DNA from: Bacteroidales bacterium
Lineage (GTDB): Bacteria > Bacteroidota > Bacteroidia > Bacteroidales > UBA10428
Assembly (NCBI GenBank): GCA_016934055.1
Contig: JAFGTR010000136.1
Span: forward strand, 24,858-88,857
Direction: 5' to 3'
Length of the DNA stretch: 64,000 bases
The position numbers and the translations under genes are program-made. Under the pieces are notes generated by a model that searched no databases, was not told where the DNA came from, and worked only from the letters and a program-made list of their open reading frames with translations. This document shows positions 38,701 to 48,342 of this stretch, in pieces (the first letter of the stretch is position 1; the number at the start of each line of letters is the position of its first letter).

Positions 38701-39498
38701 ATGGACCATCAGATCAAATTCCGTCAGAAAACCTTGCATGCAGTTTCTGAAGGAGAAGGTATTCCCCTTCTTCTCCTTCATGGTTATCTTGAGTCATTGC
38801 GCATATGGGACAGTTTTGCCGGCCTTTTAAAACATCATTATAAGGTCATCCGCATGGATCTTCCCGGCCATGGACAATCGGATGTTATTGCTCCTGTTCA
38901 TACCATGGAGTTAATGGCAGAATCTGTTTCAGCCGTACTCAATGCCCTTGCCATTGATGCCTGCATACTGGTTGGTCATTCAATGGGCGGTTATGTTACA
39001 CTCGCAGCTGCTGAAAAAACTGACAGACGTCTTCTCGGCTTCTGTCTTTTCCACGCCGCTCCCTTTGCCGATAACGATGAAAAAAAAGCCAGCCGCGACA
39101 AAGAAATTGACCTGGTGCGCAATGGTAAAAAAGATTTAATTATCAATACCAACATACCCAAAGGATTTGCTGACGATAACCTGGAAAAATTCAGAGCTGA
39201 GGTTGAAATGGCCAGACAAATTGCACTTGGTACTTCTGATGCCGGAATAATAGCTGCATTGCAAGGCATGAAACAACGGCACGACAGATCTGCCATAATT
39301 CTTCAAAGCCCGGTACCCGTGCTATGGATACTTGGACAAAAAGATAATTATATCGATTATCATAAAATAAAAGATAAAATCTGTCTTAACCCGAAAGGGC
39401 AATTGCTTAAGCTGGAAAATGCAGGACACATGGGCTTTATTGAAGAATCACAAAAAGCTTTAAAAGGTATTATGTCTTTTTTCGGAACTGACTCATAA
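38701..39498 (+). CDS. Alpha/beta hydrolase
   Basis: LLHGYLES, DLPGHG, GHSMGG nucleophile, GQKD, AGHM. Confidence 0.92.
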   Translation: MDHQIKFRQKTLHAVSEGEGIPLLLLHGYLESLRIWDSFAGLLKHHYKVIRMDLPGHGQSDVIAPVHTMELMAESVSAVLNALAIDACILVGHSMGGYVTLAAAEKTDRRLLGFCLFHAAPFADNDEKKASRDKEIDLVRNGKKDLIINTNIPKGFADDNLEKFRAEVEMARQIALGTSDAGIIAALQGMKQRHDRSAIILQSPVPVLWILGQKDNYIDYHKIKDKICLNPKGQLLKLENAGHMGFIEESQKALKGIMSFFGTDS

Positions 39499-39593
39499 GC
39501 CGTAATTCCTTCGTCATCATTGTTGTATTTATATTTTCTTTATTTTTGTTGAAATTCTGTAATATTTGTAATTGCTTTTTAACATCTGAAAAC

Positions 39594-40262
39594 ATGGAAG
39601 AAATCTATCAGCAGATTGCACATTGTGTTGAGTTTGGTAAGATCAATAAAATATCTCCTTATCCGCCTGACATGAAAGGGCAGGATGGTGCTGATGAATT
39701 GACCAAATATGCACTTGACAACGGAGCATCTCCGGTGGATGTACTGAACCGGGGACTGGTAACCGGCATGGAAAAGATAGGCGTTAAATTCAGAGAAAAT
39801 AAGGTGTTTGTGCCCCAGGTGTTGATGTCTGCCAAAGCCATGAACACAGCCATGCAACACCTTAAACCATATTTCCAGTCAGGTGCTGTTAAACGTAAAG
39901 GCACATTTATCATCGGAACAGTGGTAGGTGATTTGCATGATATCGGGAAAAACCTGGTTTCAATGATGGTAGAAGGCAGCGGCTGGGAGGTCATTGACCT
40001 GGGCACAGATGTTAAAGCCGAGAAATTCATAAATGCCACCAAAGAACATCCCGGTAGCGTTGTTGGTTTATCAGCGTTACTAACGACAACCATGGTCAAC
40101 ATGGAACAAATAGTTAAAGAATTGCATACTCAGGCGCCTGGTACAACAATACTGATAGGAGGGGCGCCCGTAACTGATGAATTCAGGGAAAAAATTGGTG
40201 CAGATTTTTATTCTCCCGATCCCCAGGGAGCCGTTGAATACCTCAACCGTATGGTGGCCTGA
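39594..40262 (+). CDS. Corrinoid (cobalamin-binding) methyltransferase protein
   Basis: Cap domain FVPQVLMSAKAM; GDLHDIGKNLV (DxHxxG); GLSALLTTT; IGGAPV. Confidence 0.93.
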   Translation: MEEIYQQIAHCVEFGKINKISPYPPDMKGQDGADELTKYALDNGASPVDVLNRGLVTGMEKIGVKFRENKVFVPQVLMSAKAMNTAMQHLKPYFQSGAVKRKGTFIIGTVVGDLHDIGKNLVSMMVEGSGWEVIDLGTDVKAEKFINATKEHPGSVVGLSALLTTTMVNMEQIVKELHTQAPGTTILIGGAPVTDEFREKIGADFYSPDPQGAVEYLNRMVA

Positions 40263-40375
40263 AACTGCTTTCACGGGAAACTTTATGTCAAAAGGAAATC
40301 TGTATTATGGGGACAGCCCTGTCATGATCCATATTCTTAAATCAGTAACATTATCCTGAATATAATGTCATAATT

Positions 40376-41260
40376 ATGGGAAAAATACTGGATAAACTTA
40401 AATCAGGCAAGGTGCTTGTATCTGATGGCGCCTGGGGTACTTTTCTGCAGGCAAAAGGTCTGAAACCAGGAGAATGTCCTGAATCCTGGAATCTTTTGCA
40501 TCCTGAGGAAGTACTTGATATTGCAAAACGATATATTGAGGCTGGAGCTGATATCGTAGAAACCAACAGTTTTGGTGGAAACCGGCTCAAACTCTTGCAT
40601 TACGGCCTCGACCATCAGACTACTGAAATTAACCAACGCGCTGCTGAATTATCAAGAAAAGCTGCCGGAAAAGAAAAAATCGTGATCGGATCTGTTGGCC
40701 CAACCGGAAAAATACTCATGACCGGAGAAGTAACAGAAGAAGAACTGTATGAAGCTTTTAAAGAACAGTCAATAGCCCTTGCAAAAGGCGGAGTGGATGC
40801 CATTGTTGTGGAAACCATGAGTGATCTCGATGAAGCCCGTATTGCAGTAAACGCAGCCCGTGAGAATACAGCATGTGAGATAATCTGTACTATGACATTT
40901 GAAAAAACCATGACGGGTGAATATCGTACAATGATGGGTGTCACGCCTGCCGAGATGGTTCACACACTGAAAAAGACGGGTCTTGATATCATCGGCGCCA
41001 ACTGTGGTAACGGAATTGAAGGTATGACTTTTATTGTGAAGGAAATACGGCTATCGGACAAGGACATACCCGTATTGATCCACGCCAATGCAGGCATGCC
41101 TGTATATCATGAAGGGAAAACCGTTTTCCCTGAAACTCCTGAACAAATGGCCGCATTTGTGCCTTCACTTGTCAAGGCAGGAGCAAATATAATAGGAGGA
41201 TGTTGTGGAACAACACCTCAACATATCCTCAGAATTTCGGAGACTATAAAGAACTTATAG
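40376..41260 (+). CDS. Homocysteine S-methyltransferase family protein (stand-alone MetH Hcy domain)
   Basis: DGAWGTFLQ, ETNSFG, GSVGPTG, ETMSD, GANCG, ANAGMP, GGCCGTTP Zn ligands. Confidence 0.93.
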   Translation: MGKILDKLKSGKVLVSDGAWGTFLQAKGLKPGECPESWNLLHPEEVLDIAKRYIEAGADIVETNSFGGNRLKLLHYGLDHQTTEINQRAAELSRKAAGKEKIVIGSVGPTGKILMTGEVTEEELYEAFKEQSIALAKGGVDAIVVETMSDLDEARIAVNAARENTACEIICTMTFEKTMTGEYRTMMGVTPAEMVHTLKKTGLDIIGANCGNGIEGMTFIVKEIRLSDKDIPVLIHANAGMPVYHEGKTVFPETPEQMAAFVPSLVKAGANIIGGCCGTTPQHILRISETIKNL

Positions 41261-41299
41261 GTCTGTAATTAAAATAATATCCTTTATGACAACCGGCTT

Positions 41300-41466
41300 T
41301 TAAGAAAAACCGTTACAATGCTTAAGCACTTTTTTTCCGGATAATGACGCACTTCGTCTGAAAGATCGCTCCGATTGTTATCGGAGCTAATTACGACCAT
41401 CGTTTTTCAGCCTGCCTGACCGGCAGACAGGTTCGCTATTGCTCCTGAAAACCGGTCCTCATTAAA
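41300..41466. mobile_element. MITE-like composite repeat with nested palindromes
   Basis: Right part matches 1184-1243; contains GCTCCGAT-TGTT-ATCGGAGC (41368-41387) and CCTGCCTGACCGGCAGACAGG (41411-41431); left boundary uncertain. Confidence 0.55.
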
Positions 41467-42853
41467 TTTTGCATGCCTGCTCAACCTCAACAATGGTTTT
41501 GGGGATCGGGTCACCCAGTACATGATGACCGGTCGACGTTACAAGCACATCATCTTCAATTCTGATTCCGCCAAAATCAAGGTATGGCTTTAATTTATCA
41601 TACCGGATAAACTCGGTAAATTTTTTCTCTGCTTCCCATTTTTCTATCAGGGGTGGAATGAAATATATGCCAGGCTCAACGGTTATCACAAAACCGGGTT
41701 CAAGCTTTCGGGCCATACGAAGATAAGCCAGTCCGAATTGTCCACTGCGCTGAACATCAACGTCATATCCTACATAATCTTCACCCAGATCTTCCATATC
41801 ATGCACATCAAGCCCCATCATATGACCTAACCCGTGAGGGAAGAAAAGTGCGTGTGCCCCAACCGATACAATATCAGCCACATTACCCTTTAACAGTCCA
41901 AGAGATTTCAGACCTTCAGTTATTATGGCAGCTGCATTCATATGGATATCGCGGTAAGGTATACCCGGTTGAATACCCGAGATTGCTTCTGTTTCTGCTT
42001 TTAAAACAATGCTGTAAATATCTGTCTGGCGTGATGTAAACCTGCCTCCCACCGGTATGGTTCTTGTAATATCTGTAGCATAATGCAATCTGCTTTCAGC
42101 GCCGGCATCAATAATAAGCAACTGATTTTCTTTCATCCGGTTCCCATGATAATGATTGTGTAAAATTTCACCATTAACAGAACAAATAATCGGATAAGCC
42201 ATGCTATACCCCTGTTTTAATGCCATGCCTTCAATCATACCGGAAATTTCATATTCAAACACTTCAGGTTTCGCCATTTTCATAGCATTCAAATACATAG
42301 GCCTGGTGACAGCATTCAACGTTGATTCAATCTCCTGAATTTCGTTATCATCTTTAACAGACCGCTGGGACACAACAGCCCTGATCAATTCTTCCGAAGT
42401 ACTATCTTCTCTTTTACCGTTACCGGTTTCCATCAGAAATGCAATTTGTGCTTTTCTGTCTTCCCTGTATGGCGGGAGATAATGAATCTTCCTGTTTTTG
42501 GCCATAGCCTTACATAAATCACCCGCCAGTTTTTCCATTGGCCTTACAACTTCAATGCCGACATTCTCTGCTTTCTTGCTCATAGATTCCTGATATCCCA
42601 TCCAGATAATATCTTCAACCCCCAGATCATCACCATAAAGAATCTGCTCGCCCGATTGTGTGTCTAAAAGTACGGCAAGGTCAGGCTCATCATGACCGGC
42701 ATAATAGAGAAAATTGCTATCCTGACGGAAAGGATAAGTGTTTGCGGAATAATTCATAGCAGATTCCTTATTACCGAATAAAAGGATCAATCCGTTCCCG
42801 ACCTTTTGCATCAGATTTTTACGGCGTTGTGTATAGACTTCAGCAGTATGCAT
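41462..42853 (-). CDS. pepP: Xaa-Pro aminopeptidase (M24B)
   Basis: FRQDSNFLY, IDAGAE..YATDITRT, HGLGHMMGLDVHD, TVEPGIY, GGIRIEDD. Confidence 0.95.
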   Translation of the reverse strand: MHTAEVYTQRRKNLMQKVGNGLILLFGNKESAMNYSANTYPFRQDSNFLYYAGHDEPDLAVLLDTQSGEQILYGDDLGVEDIIWMGYQESMSKKAENVGIEVVRPMEKLAGDLCKAMAKNRKIHYLPPYREDRKAQIAFLMETGNGKREDSTSEELIRAVVSQRSVKDDNEIQEIESTLNAVTRPMYLNAMKMAKPEVFEYEISGMIEGMALKQGYSMAYPIICSVNGEILHNHYHGNRMKENQLLIIDAGAESRLHYATDITRTIPVGGRFTSRQTDIYSIVLKAETEAISGIQPGIPYRDIHMNAAAIITEGLKSLGLLKGNVADIVSVGAHALFFPHGLGHMMGLDVHDMEDLGEDYVGYDVDVQRSGQFGLAYLRMARKLEPGFVITVEPGIYFIPPLIEKWEAEKKFTEFIRYDKLKPYLDFGGIRIEDDVLVTSTGHHVLGDPIPKTIVEVEQACKI

Positions 42854-43014
42854 AATAATTTGTTTAATGGTTTATTTCGTTTTAAAATTAAGATCATTTC
42901 ATGACCTAAACCAAAAGTTTTATCAATATTTGTCTTTATCAGCAAAATCAGGTACGAATGCCTTGTCTTTATATTGATTTTTCATACCTTCGTATATATC
43001 CAGTTAAAACACAG

Positions 43015-43749
43015 ATGCCATACCGTCGGTTACCCAACACAGATGTGGCCAGACTCAGAGCTCTCAGGATTGCTTTTGAGAAAGGCAAGGAATTACCGCC
43101 TTTTGATCTTGCCTATACTCAAAGCACACTTCAAAGAATACAGTCGTTTCTGCCAACCTTTGAAAAAATCCTGATGGAAACCCGCCAGGCTTATAATCTT
43201 CAGGTTGAAAAAAGCAAAGATTTCGGAAAAGTACTGCGAAAGGCAAGATTGTATATTTCTCATTTTATCCAGGTCGTCAACATGGCCATAGCACGGGGTG
43301 ATCTGCCGGCTGCTGAAAGGAATTTTTTCAGTCTCTCAAGTGATCAGAAGAATGTCCCGCTTTTTAATACTGAAGCTGAACTGATTAACTGGGGAGAAAA
43401 GCTGATTTCAGGAGAAAATATGAGAATATCCAAAGGGCGCACACCCATAACAAATCCTACCATTGCCGTTGTAAAAGTTTGGTACGAAAAGTTCATGGAT
43501 ACTTATAAATATCAGAAAATCCTTCAGAAAAACCATGCCAGGGCTCAGGAAAAACTCAACGTATTAAAGAAGGAAGCAGATGAGATCATTTTAGCCATTT
43601 GGAATGAAGTAGAACATTATTATTCTTCTCTTTCAGAGGATAAAAAACGTGAAAATGCAAAGCTTTATGGTTTGGTTTATGTTTTGCGCAAAGCGGAAAA
43701 GAAAAAACTTGAAATGCTGGTCCAATCAGCTAACGGAGAGACGGCGTGA
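43015..43749 (+). CDS. Conserved Bacteroidales hypothetical protein
   Basis: MPYRRLPNTD..RLRAL N-terminus, ARLYISHFIQV; ATG 43015 follows a TACCTTCG promoter-like box. Confidence 0.8.
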   Translation: MPYRRLPNTDVARLRALRIAFEKGKELPPFDLAYTQSTLQRIQSFLPTFEKILMETRQAYNLQVEKSKDFGKVLRKARLYISHFIQVVNMAIARGDLPAAERNFFSLSSDQKNVPLFNTEAELINWGEKLISGENMRISKGRTPITNPTIAVVKVWYEKFMDTYKYQKILQKNHARAQEKLNVLKKEADEIILAIWNEVEHYYSSLSEDKKRENAKLYGLVYVLRKAEKKKLEMLVQSANGETA

Positions 43750-44667
43750 TTTTTCATGATAAAACAACAGGTATGACAGCATAATGCCGCCCGCAAGGCT
43801 TAACCACAACCATATATCCGCATTGGTACCCAATTCGTCAAGACCTGAGGCATCATTAACCGGATGCCTGAAAAAGTAGTATCCCACAATAATTATATTA
43901 TTTGTAAAATGAGCCAGCATTGGTATCCATATTGATGTGGTCCATACAAAAAGATAGCCAAACAACATCCCCAACAACAGGCGTGGTAAGAACCCGTAAA
44001 ATTCAAAATGAAAAAAACTGAACAACAGGGAAGAAATAATTATTCCCCAATGGATGTTACGTGTCCAGGTTATGAACAAACGCTGAAAAATTCCACGAAA
44101 AAGCAGTTCTTCACCAACAGCAGGTAAAACTGCCATAACAATAATATTGACAATAAAATCTGACACCGACTTAGTATCCAGAAAGAGATTTGTAAGCCGA
44201 CCATAATTATCCCGTAACGCACCTATCTCTTCTTCCAGTTTGTTTAACGATTGCGGCAGGTCAAGCCGGCTGTTCAGACCGGCAATATAGTTAACAGCCG
44301 GGATCCAGATCACCATAATGAAGACAACGAGCACAACACTGAAAAAAGAAGGCCTGGTATCCATCTTTAAATAAGAAATTACACCTGAGCCGAAAAAGAA
44401 AGATGCAATAAATGACGGACAAACAAAAAGGCCGATGGTCTGTATTATTTGCAGAAGCTTTAAGGCAGCAACATTCGAAGCTTCGGGATTATCCAGAACA
44501 GCCATGACCTCAGTCAGGGAAAGGTTATATGACATCATGACAACAAGCAAACCAATGATGCCGGTAAAGAGAAAAAAAACAAATATCAGAAACAGTACAA
44601 ATATCAACTTGTACCACGGTGGGGAACTCATAATAAAATCCCTGTATTGCGTTAAATAACGACTCAT
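43726..44667 (-). CDS. CPBP/CAAX intramembrane metalloprotease
   Basis: GEELLFRG, FSFFH, AHFTNN motifs; multiple TM. Confidence 0.92.
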   Translation of the reverse strand: MSRYLTQYRDFIMSSPPWYKLIFVLFLIFVFFLFTGIIGLLVVMMSYNLSLTEVMAVLDNPEASNVAALKLLQIIQTIGLFVCPSFIASFFFGSGVISYLKMDTRPSFFSVVLVVFIMVIWIPAVNYIAGLNSRLDLPQSLNKLEEEIGALRDNYGRLTNLFLDTKSVSDFIVNIIVMAVLPAVGEELLFRGIFQRLFITWTRNIHWGIIISSLLFSFFHFEFYGFLPRLLLGMLFGYLFVWTTSIWIPMLAHFTNNIIIVGYYFFRHPVNDASGLDELGTNADIWLWLSLAGGIMLSYLLFYHEKSRRLSVS

Positions 44668-44730
44668 ACATTGTGATATAATAATTCCGTATCTGTCTTT
44701 TACGGCTTAAAGCTGCTGCATTATAAGCGG

Positions 44731-44805
44731 CAAAAGTAAGGTATTTTCATCACTCGCCCAAGTTGTGCTCTGATATCTTTAAAAGGGTATAATTTAGTAT
44801 TTTTG
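44731..44805. promoter_or_regulatory. Divergent -7 boxes (TACTTTTG minus at 44731-44738; TATTTTTG plus at 44798-44805)
   Basis: Both match TAnnTTTG between the divergent CPBP and dusB genes. Confidence 0.55.
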
Positions 44806-44822
44806 CTTCCTAAAAAAAAATT

Positions 44823-45800
44823 CTGACTGCAATCGGCAACATAATACTGCGTGAAAAGCCTCTTTTTCTCGCCCCCATGGAGGATGTTACTGATCCGAGT
44901 TTCCGGTTTATCTGCAAGCAATTCGGAGCTGATGTTATGTATACAGAGTTTATTGCTTCGGAAGGGCTGATCCGTGATGCATCCAAAAGCATAAAGAAAC
45001 TCGATATCTTTGATTATGAGCGGCCTATTGGTATCCAGATATACGGACATCAAATGGATAGTATGGTAGAAGCCGCAAGAATTGCGGAAGCGGCCAAACC
45101 TGATCTGATCGATCTTAATTTCGGCTGCCCGGTAAGGAAAATTGCCACCCGCGGTGCCGGGGCAGGGATGTTGTGTAATGTACCTCTCATGACAGCACTG
45201 ACCAGTGCCGTTGTCAGAACAGTCAAATTACCCGTCACTGTAAAAACCCGCCTTGGCTGGGATGAATGCAATAAAAATATTGTTGATATTGCTGAAAAAC
45301 TTCAGGATACCGGTATTAAAGCCATCACCATTCACGGCCGCACCAGGGCCCAGCTTTATAAAGGTTCTGCTGACTGGACGCTGATCGGGGAAGTTAAAAA
45401 AAATCCCCGGATGAAAATTCCTGTGATCGGAAATGGCGATATTATTTCTCCCAAAAGCGCAGAAATAGCTTTTAACCGTTATGGCGTAGACGGGATTATG
45501 ATCGGACGCGGCGCTGTCGGCCATCCATGGATATTCAGGGAAATTAAACATTACCTTGAAACCGGAGAGCTTTTGCCCGATCTTACCATTGCAGAAAAAG
45601 TGTCACTCGCTAAAATCCAGCTTCAAAAATCCATTGAATGGAAAGGCATCCCGGTAGGGATATACGAAATGAGGCGTCATCTCAGCAATTACTTTAAAGG
45701 TCTGCCCGATTTCAAGGAAACCAGGTTAAGACTGGTTACCAGTCTTGACCCATCAGAGATAAATTCAATACTGGAGTGTATTATTGATAAATACCATTAA
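44823..45800 (+). CDS. dusB: tRNA-dihydrouridine synthase B (probable non-ATG start)
   Basis: LAPMEDVTD, DLNFGCPV, TVKTRLGW, IHGRT, IGNGDI, MIGRG; the frame extends upstream of ATG 44877 as (L)TAIGNIILREKPLF to TAA at 44811. Confidence 0.92.
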   Translation: MTAIGNIILREKPLFLAPMEDVTDPSFRFICKQFGADVMYTEFIASEGLIRDASKSIKKLDIFDYERPIGIQIYGHQMDSMVEAARIAEAAKPDLIDLNFGCPVRKIATRGAGAGMLCNVPLMTALTSAVVRTVKLPVTVKTRLGWDECNKNIVDIAEKLQDTGIKAITIHGRTRAQLYKGSADWTLIGEVKKNPRMKIPVIGNGDIISPKSAEIAFNRYGVDGIMIGRGAVGHPWIFREIKHYLETGELLPDLTIAEKVSLAKIQLQKSIEWKGIPVGIYEMRRHLSNYFKGLPDFKETRLRLVTSLDPSEINSILECIIDKYH

Positions 45801-45823
45801 TTTTGCCCAAAATTTAGCCCGAG

Positions 45824-46960
45824 ATGTTCAAAGAAGATGATTTTGAAGACATACGCCCATACAATGATGATGAGATCAATCCGGCTCTTAAAAGAATAAT
45901 TTCAGAACCTTTATTTGAGAAAATTCTGGATTTTTTATTCTCGGACCAGGATAAAGATGTGATCAGGCATAAGCTTGCCGAGACATATACGGCAGCCGAT
46001 TTTCAACGCAATTTCATGCATCCCCTGGTGTATTCTGTTATTGAAAAAACATCTGACGGACTTACTTCCGATGGTTTCGAGCAACTTACACCGGGAACGC
46101 CTTATCTTTTTGTTGGCAACCACCGCGATATTGTTCTTGATTCAGCCATTCTTCAGGTACTCCTGGTTGATCACAATCACACCACATCTGAAATCACTTT
46201 TGGCAGTAACCTGATGATCAATCAGTTTATCATTGATCTGGGAAAAGTAAACCGGATGTTTAAAGTTATACGCGGTGGCAACAAGATGGAGCTGATGCGC
46301 AATTCTCAAAGACTGTCGGCTTATATCCGTCATACCATAAAAAATAATAAAACATCAGCCTGGATTGCCCAACGATCAGGCCGGACAAAAGACGGGAATG
46401 ACAAAACAGAACCGGGATTGCTAAAAATGTTCAATATGAGTGGTGATAAAAGCTTTCACGATTCTTTCGCCGAACTGAATATAGTTCCCCTCGTAATCTC
46501 TTATGAATACGAACCCTGTTGTGCTCTTAAAATAAAAGAACTTATTGCTTCACTTGATGGGACATATCAAAAAACACAGGATGAGGACCTGAAGAGCATC
46601 ATTACCGGCATAACCCAGGCCAAAGGCAAAATTCACATGTCGATTGGCAAACCTGTCAATCATTTTTTAAAAGACATCAATCCGGCAGATACTGTCAACA
46701 ACAAAATAAGCCGGCTTGCAGAATTGATCGATGCCGAAGTATACAGGCATTATAAACTGTGGCCATCCAATTATATTGCTTGTGATATGGCTTTTAATTC
46801 AGATGAATACAGTAATCAATACACCGCAAAAGACAAGGAATTATTTTTGCAGTACATGGAAAATGAAATCAGGGGAATTGCAGGTGACAGGAAAATGATC
46901 GAAGACCTTTTCCTGAAAACATATGCAAATCCCCTGATTAATATCAGCCGCTTAAAATAA
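45824..46960 (+). CDS. Glycerolipid acyltransferase family protein
   Basis: NHRDIVLD (HxxxxD), WIAQRSGRTKDG. Confidence 0.88.
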   Translation: MFKEDDFEDIRPYNDDEINPALKRIISEPLFEKILDFLFSDQDKDVIRHKLAETYTAADFQRNFMHPLVYSVIEKTSDGLTSDGFEQLTPGTPYLFVGNHRDIVLDSAILQVLLVDHNHTTSEITFGSNLMINQFIIDLGKVNRMFKVIRGGNKMELMRNSQRLSAYIRHTIKNNKTSAWIAQRSGRTKDGNDKTEPGLLKMFNMSGDKSFHDSFAELNIVPLVISYEYEPCCALKIKELIASLDGTYQKTQDEDLKSIITGITQAKGKIHMSIGKPVNHFLKDINPADTVNNKISRLAELIDAEVYRHYKLWPSNYIACDMAFNSDEYSNQYTAKDKELFLQYMENEIRGIAGDRKMIEDLFLKTYANPLINISRLK

Positions 46961-46993
46961 CGGCTTCAATGACATAAACCTGAAAACCTGATC

Positions 46994-47602
46994 TTATTTG
47001 ATTTGTTTCAGTATATAGCCGGCCAGCGATTTGCCCAGTTTGGCATATGATTCTTCAATGCGGTAACCGGTGTCAAAATCATAGCCGAAAGCATCCTGCC
47101 CCGGACAGTTGTCTGCTGTAAGAGAAGCTTTTTCTTCACCGGTGGAAATATCTTTAAAGGTAACGACCACATCAATATAGGCCGGTTTTCTCATAACACC
47201 CACATTAAATCCGGGTTCTGTAAATATGGTATGAACATTCATCTCATATTGTGCATCAGTCACGTCCCTGTTTCCAACCAGTCCGGCTTTCTCCATATAT
47301 TTGTTGAACAGCGTTTCAAACTTGGGTTCATAACGGGTTTCCCTGTCTGACACCCAGGATTCTGCCCATGTATCACCTTTCCCGGCTTCCTTTTCATTGT
47401 ATTCAGTTTTCTTTTTTTCAATATAGTCTTCTTCTTTGTCAAACTTCCCTACAGCCATATCACTGTAGTCAAATGTTACCAGCAGGGATTTCTGTCCTTT
47501 AAGAAAGTCCAGCGATCCTTTCTGCATCTTGATCTTTTGTGCGTTCAGGCATAATCCTGCAGCGAATACCTGAATTACAATGAAAACTAAAAGTTTTTTC
47601 AT
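46994..47602 (-). CDS. Exported hypothetical protein
   Basis: Signal peptide ending LNAQ; 202-aa ORF. Confidence 0.8.
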   Translation of the reverse strand: MKKLLVFIVIQVFAAGLCLNAQKIKMQKGSLDFLKGQKSLLVTFDYSDMAVGKFDKEEDYIEKKKTEYNEKEAGKGDTWAESWVSDRETRYEPKFETLFNKYMEKAGLVGNRDVTDAQYEMNVHTIFTEPGFNVGVMRKPAYIDVVVTFKDISTGEEKASLTADNCPGQDAFGYDFDTGYRIEESYAKLGKSLAGYILKQIK

Positions 47603-47644
47603 GGTTTTAAATTTAAATTATTCGTTAATCGTAATAGTTAAATC

Positions 47645-47728
47645 AATGTCGTTAAGTTAAGTTTTTTTGTCCTCTCCCTGAACCCTCTCCGGGAGAAGCA
47701 CATAATTCGGTCTTAACTTAACAACATT
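47645..47728. mobile_element. MITE with IS4-family-like terminal inverted repeats
   Basis: AATGTCGTTAAGTTAAG ... CTTAACTTAACAACATT (16/17 match) around a 50-bp spacer; no transposase. Confidence 0.65.
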
Positions 47729-47854
47729 CAAAGATAAATATAAAAAAATAGCATTAATATAAACACTGGTATGCGTTAAAATAATGAACTCTTTTGAAAA
47801 AAAAATGATTCTGATTATCTTCGTCTGAAAGACAAAGCCTGAATCACCTGCAAA

Positions 47855-48298
47855 ATGAAAAAAATCCTTGTTCTGTTTATTTTATTTTCATCACTAATCA
47901 ATTATAGTGTTACCGGGCAGCAACACCTTCAGCGCCGGTATGAAACTTTTCTTGAAGAGTATACGCGCATGAAAACCAGGGGCATTGTTTCATTGAGTAT
48001 CGGTGGTGTTGCCCTCGTTTCAGGCACTATTCTCACTGTTGACGGAATACATCGTCTTAACAATATTGCAGATGACGGATCCTCTGAGGCTTATGATAAG
48101 CAAATGGAGGCTTCTCTTGAAGTTATTGGCGGACTGATTTGTGGTCTTATTGGTGTTCCACTCACATCGGTTGGTATTGTACACACTATTCTGGGCTCAC
48201 GTAAAAGCAATGAATACAAAGAAAAATTGCAAAACCTTTCCCTGGGTGCCGTCTGTACTCCCCGGGTTAAGGGGCTGTCATTGGTGTACCGGTTTTGA
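47855..48298 (+). CDS. Hypothetical membrane protein
   Basis: Signal peptide, two Gly-rich hydrophobic segments, C-terminal SLVYRF. Confidence 0.7.
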   Translation: MKKILVLFILFSSLINYSVTGQQHLQRRYETFLEEYTRMKTRGIVSLSIGGVALVSGTILTVDGIHRLNNIADDGSSEAYDKQMEASLEVIGGLICGLIGVPLTSVGIVHTILGSRKSNEYKEKLQNLSLGAVCTPRVKGLSLVYRF

Positions 48299-48342
48299 TC
48301 CTGTCAAAACCAGATATTGGTATTAAAATCATCTGTTTGCTT

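Noticed and set aside
40263-40375. Cobalamin or SAM riboswitch between the corrinoid and homocysteine methyltransferase genes
   Set aside because: Only an isolated CGGGAA; no B12 box or SAM-I core recognisable, and the region is short
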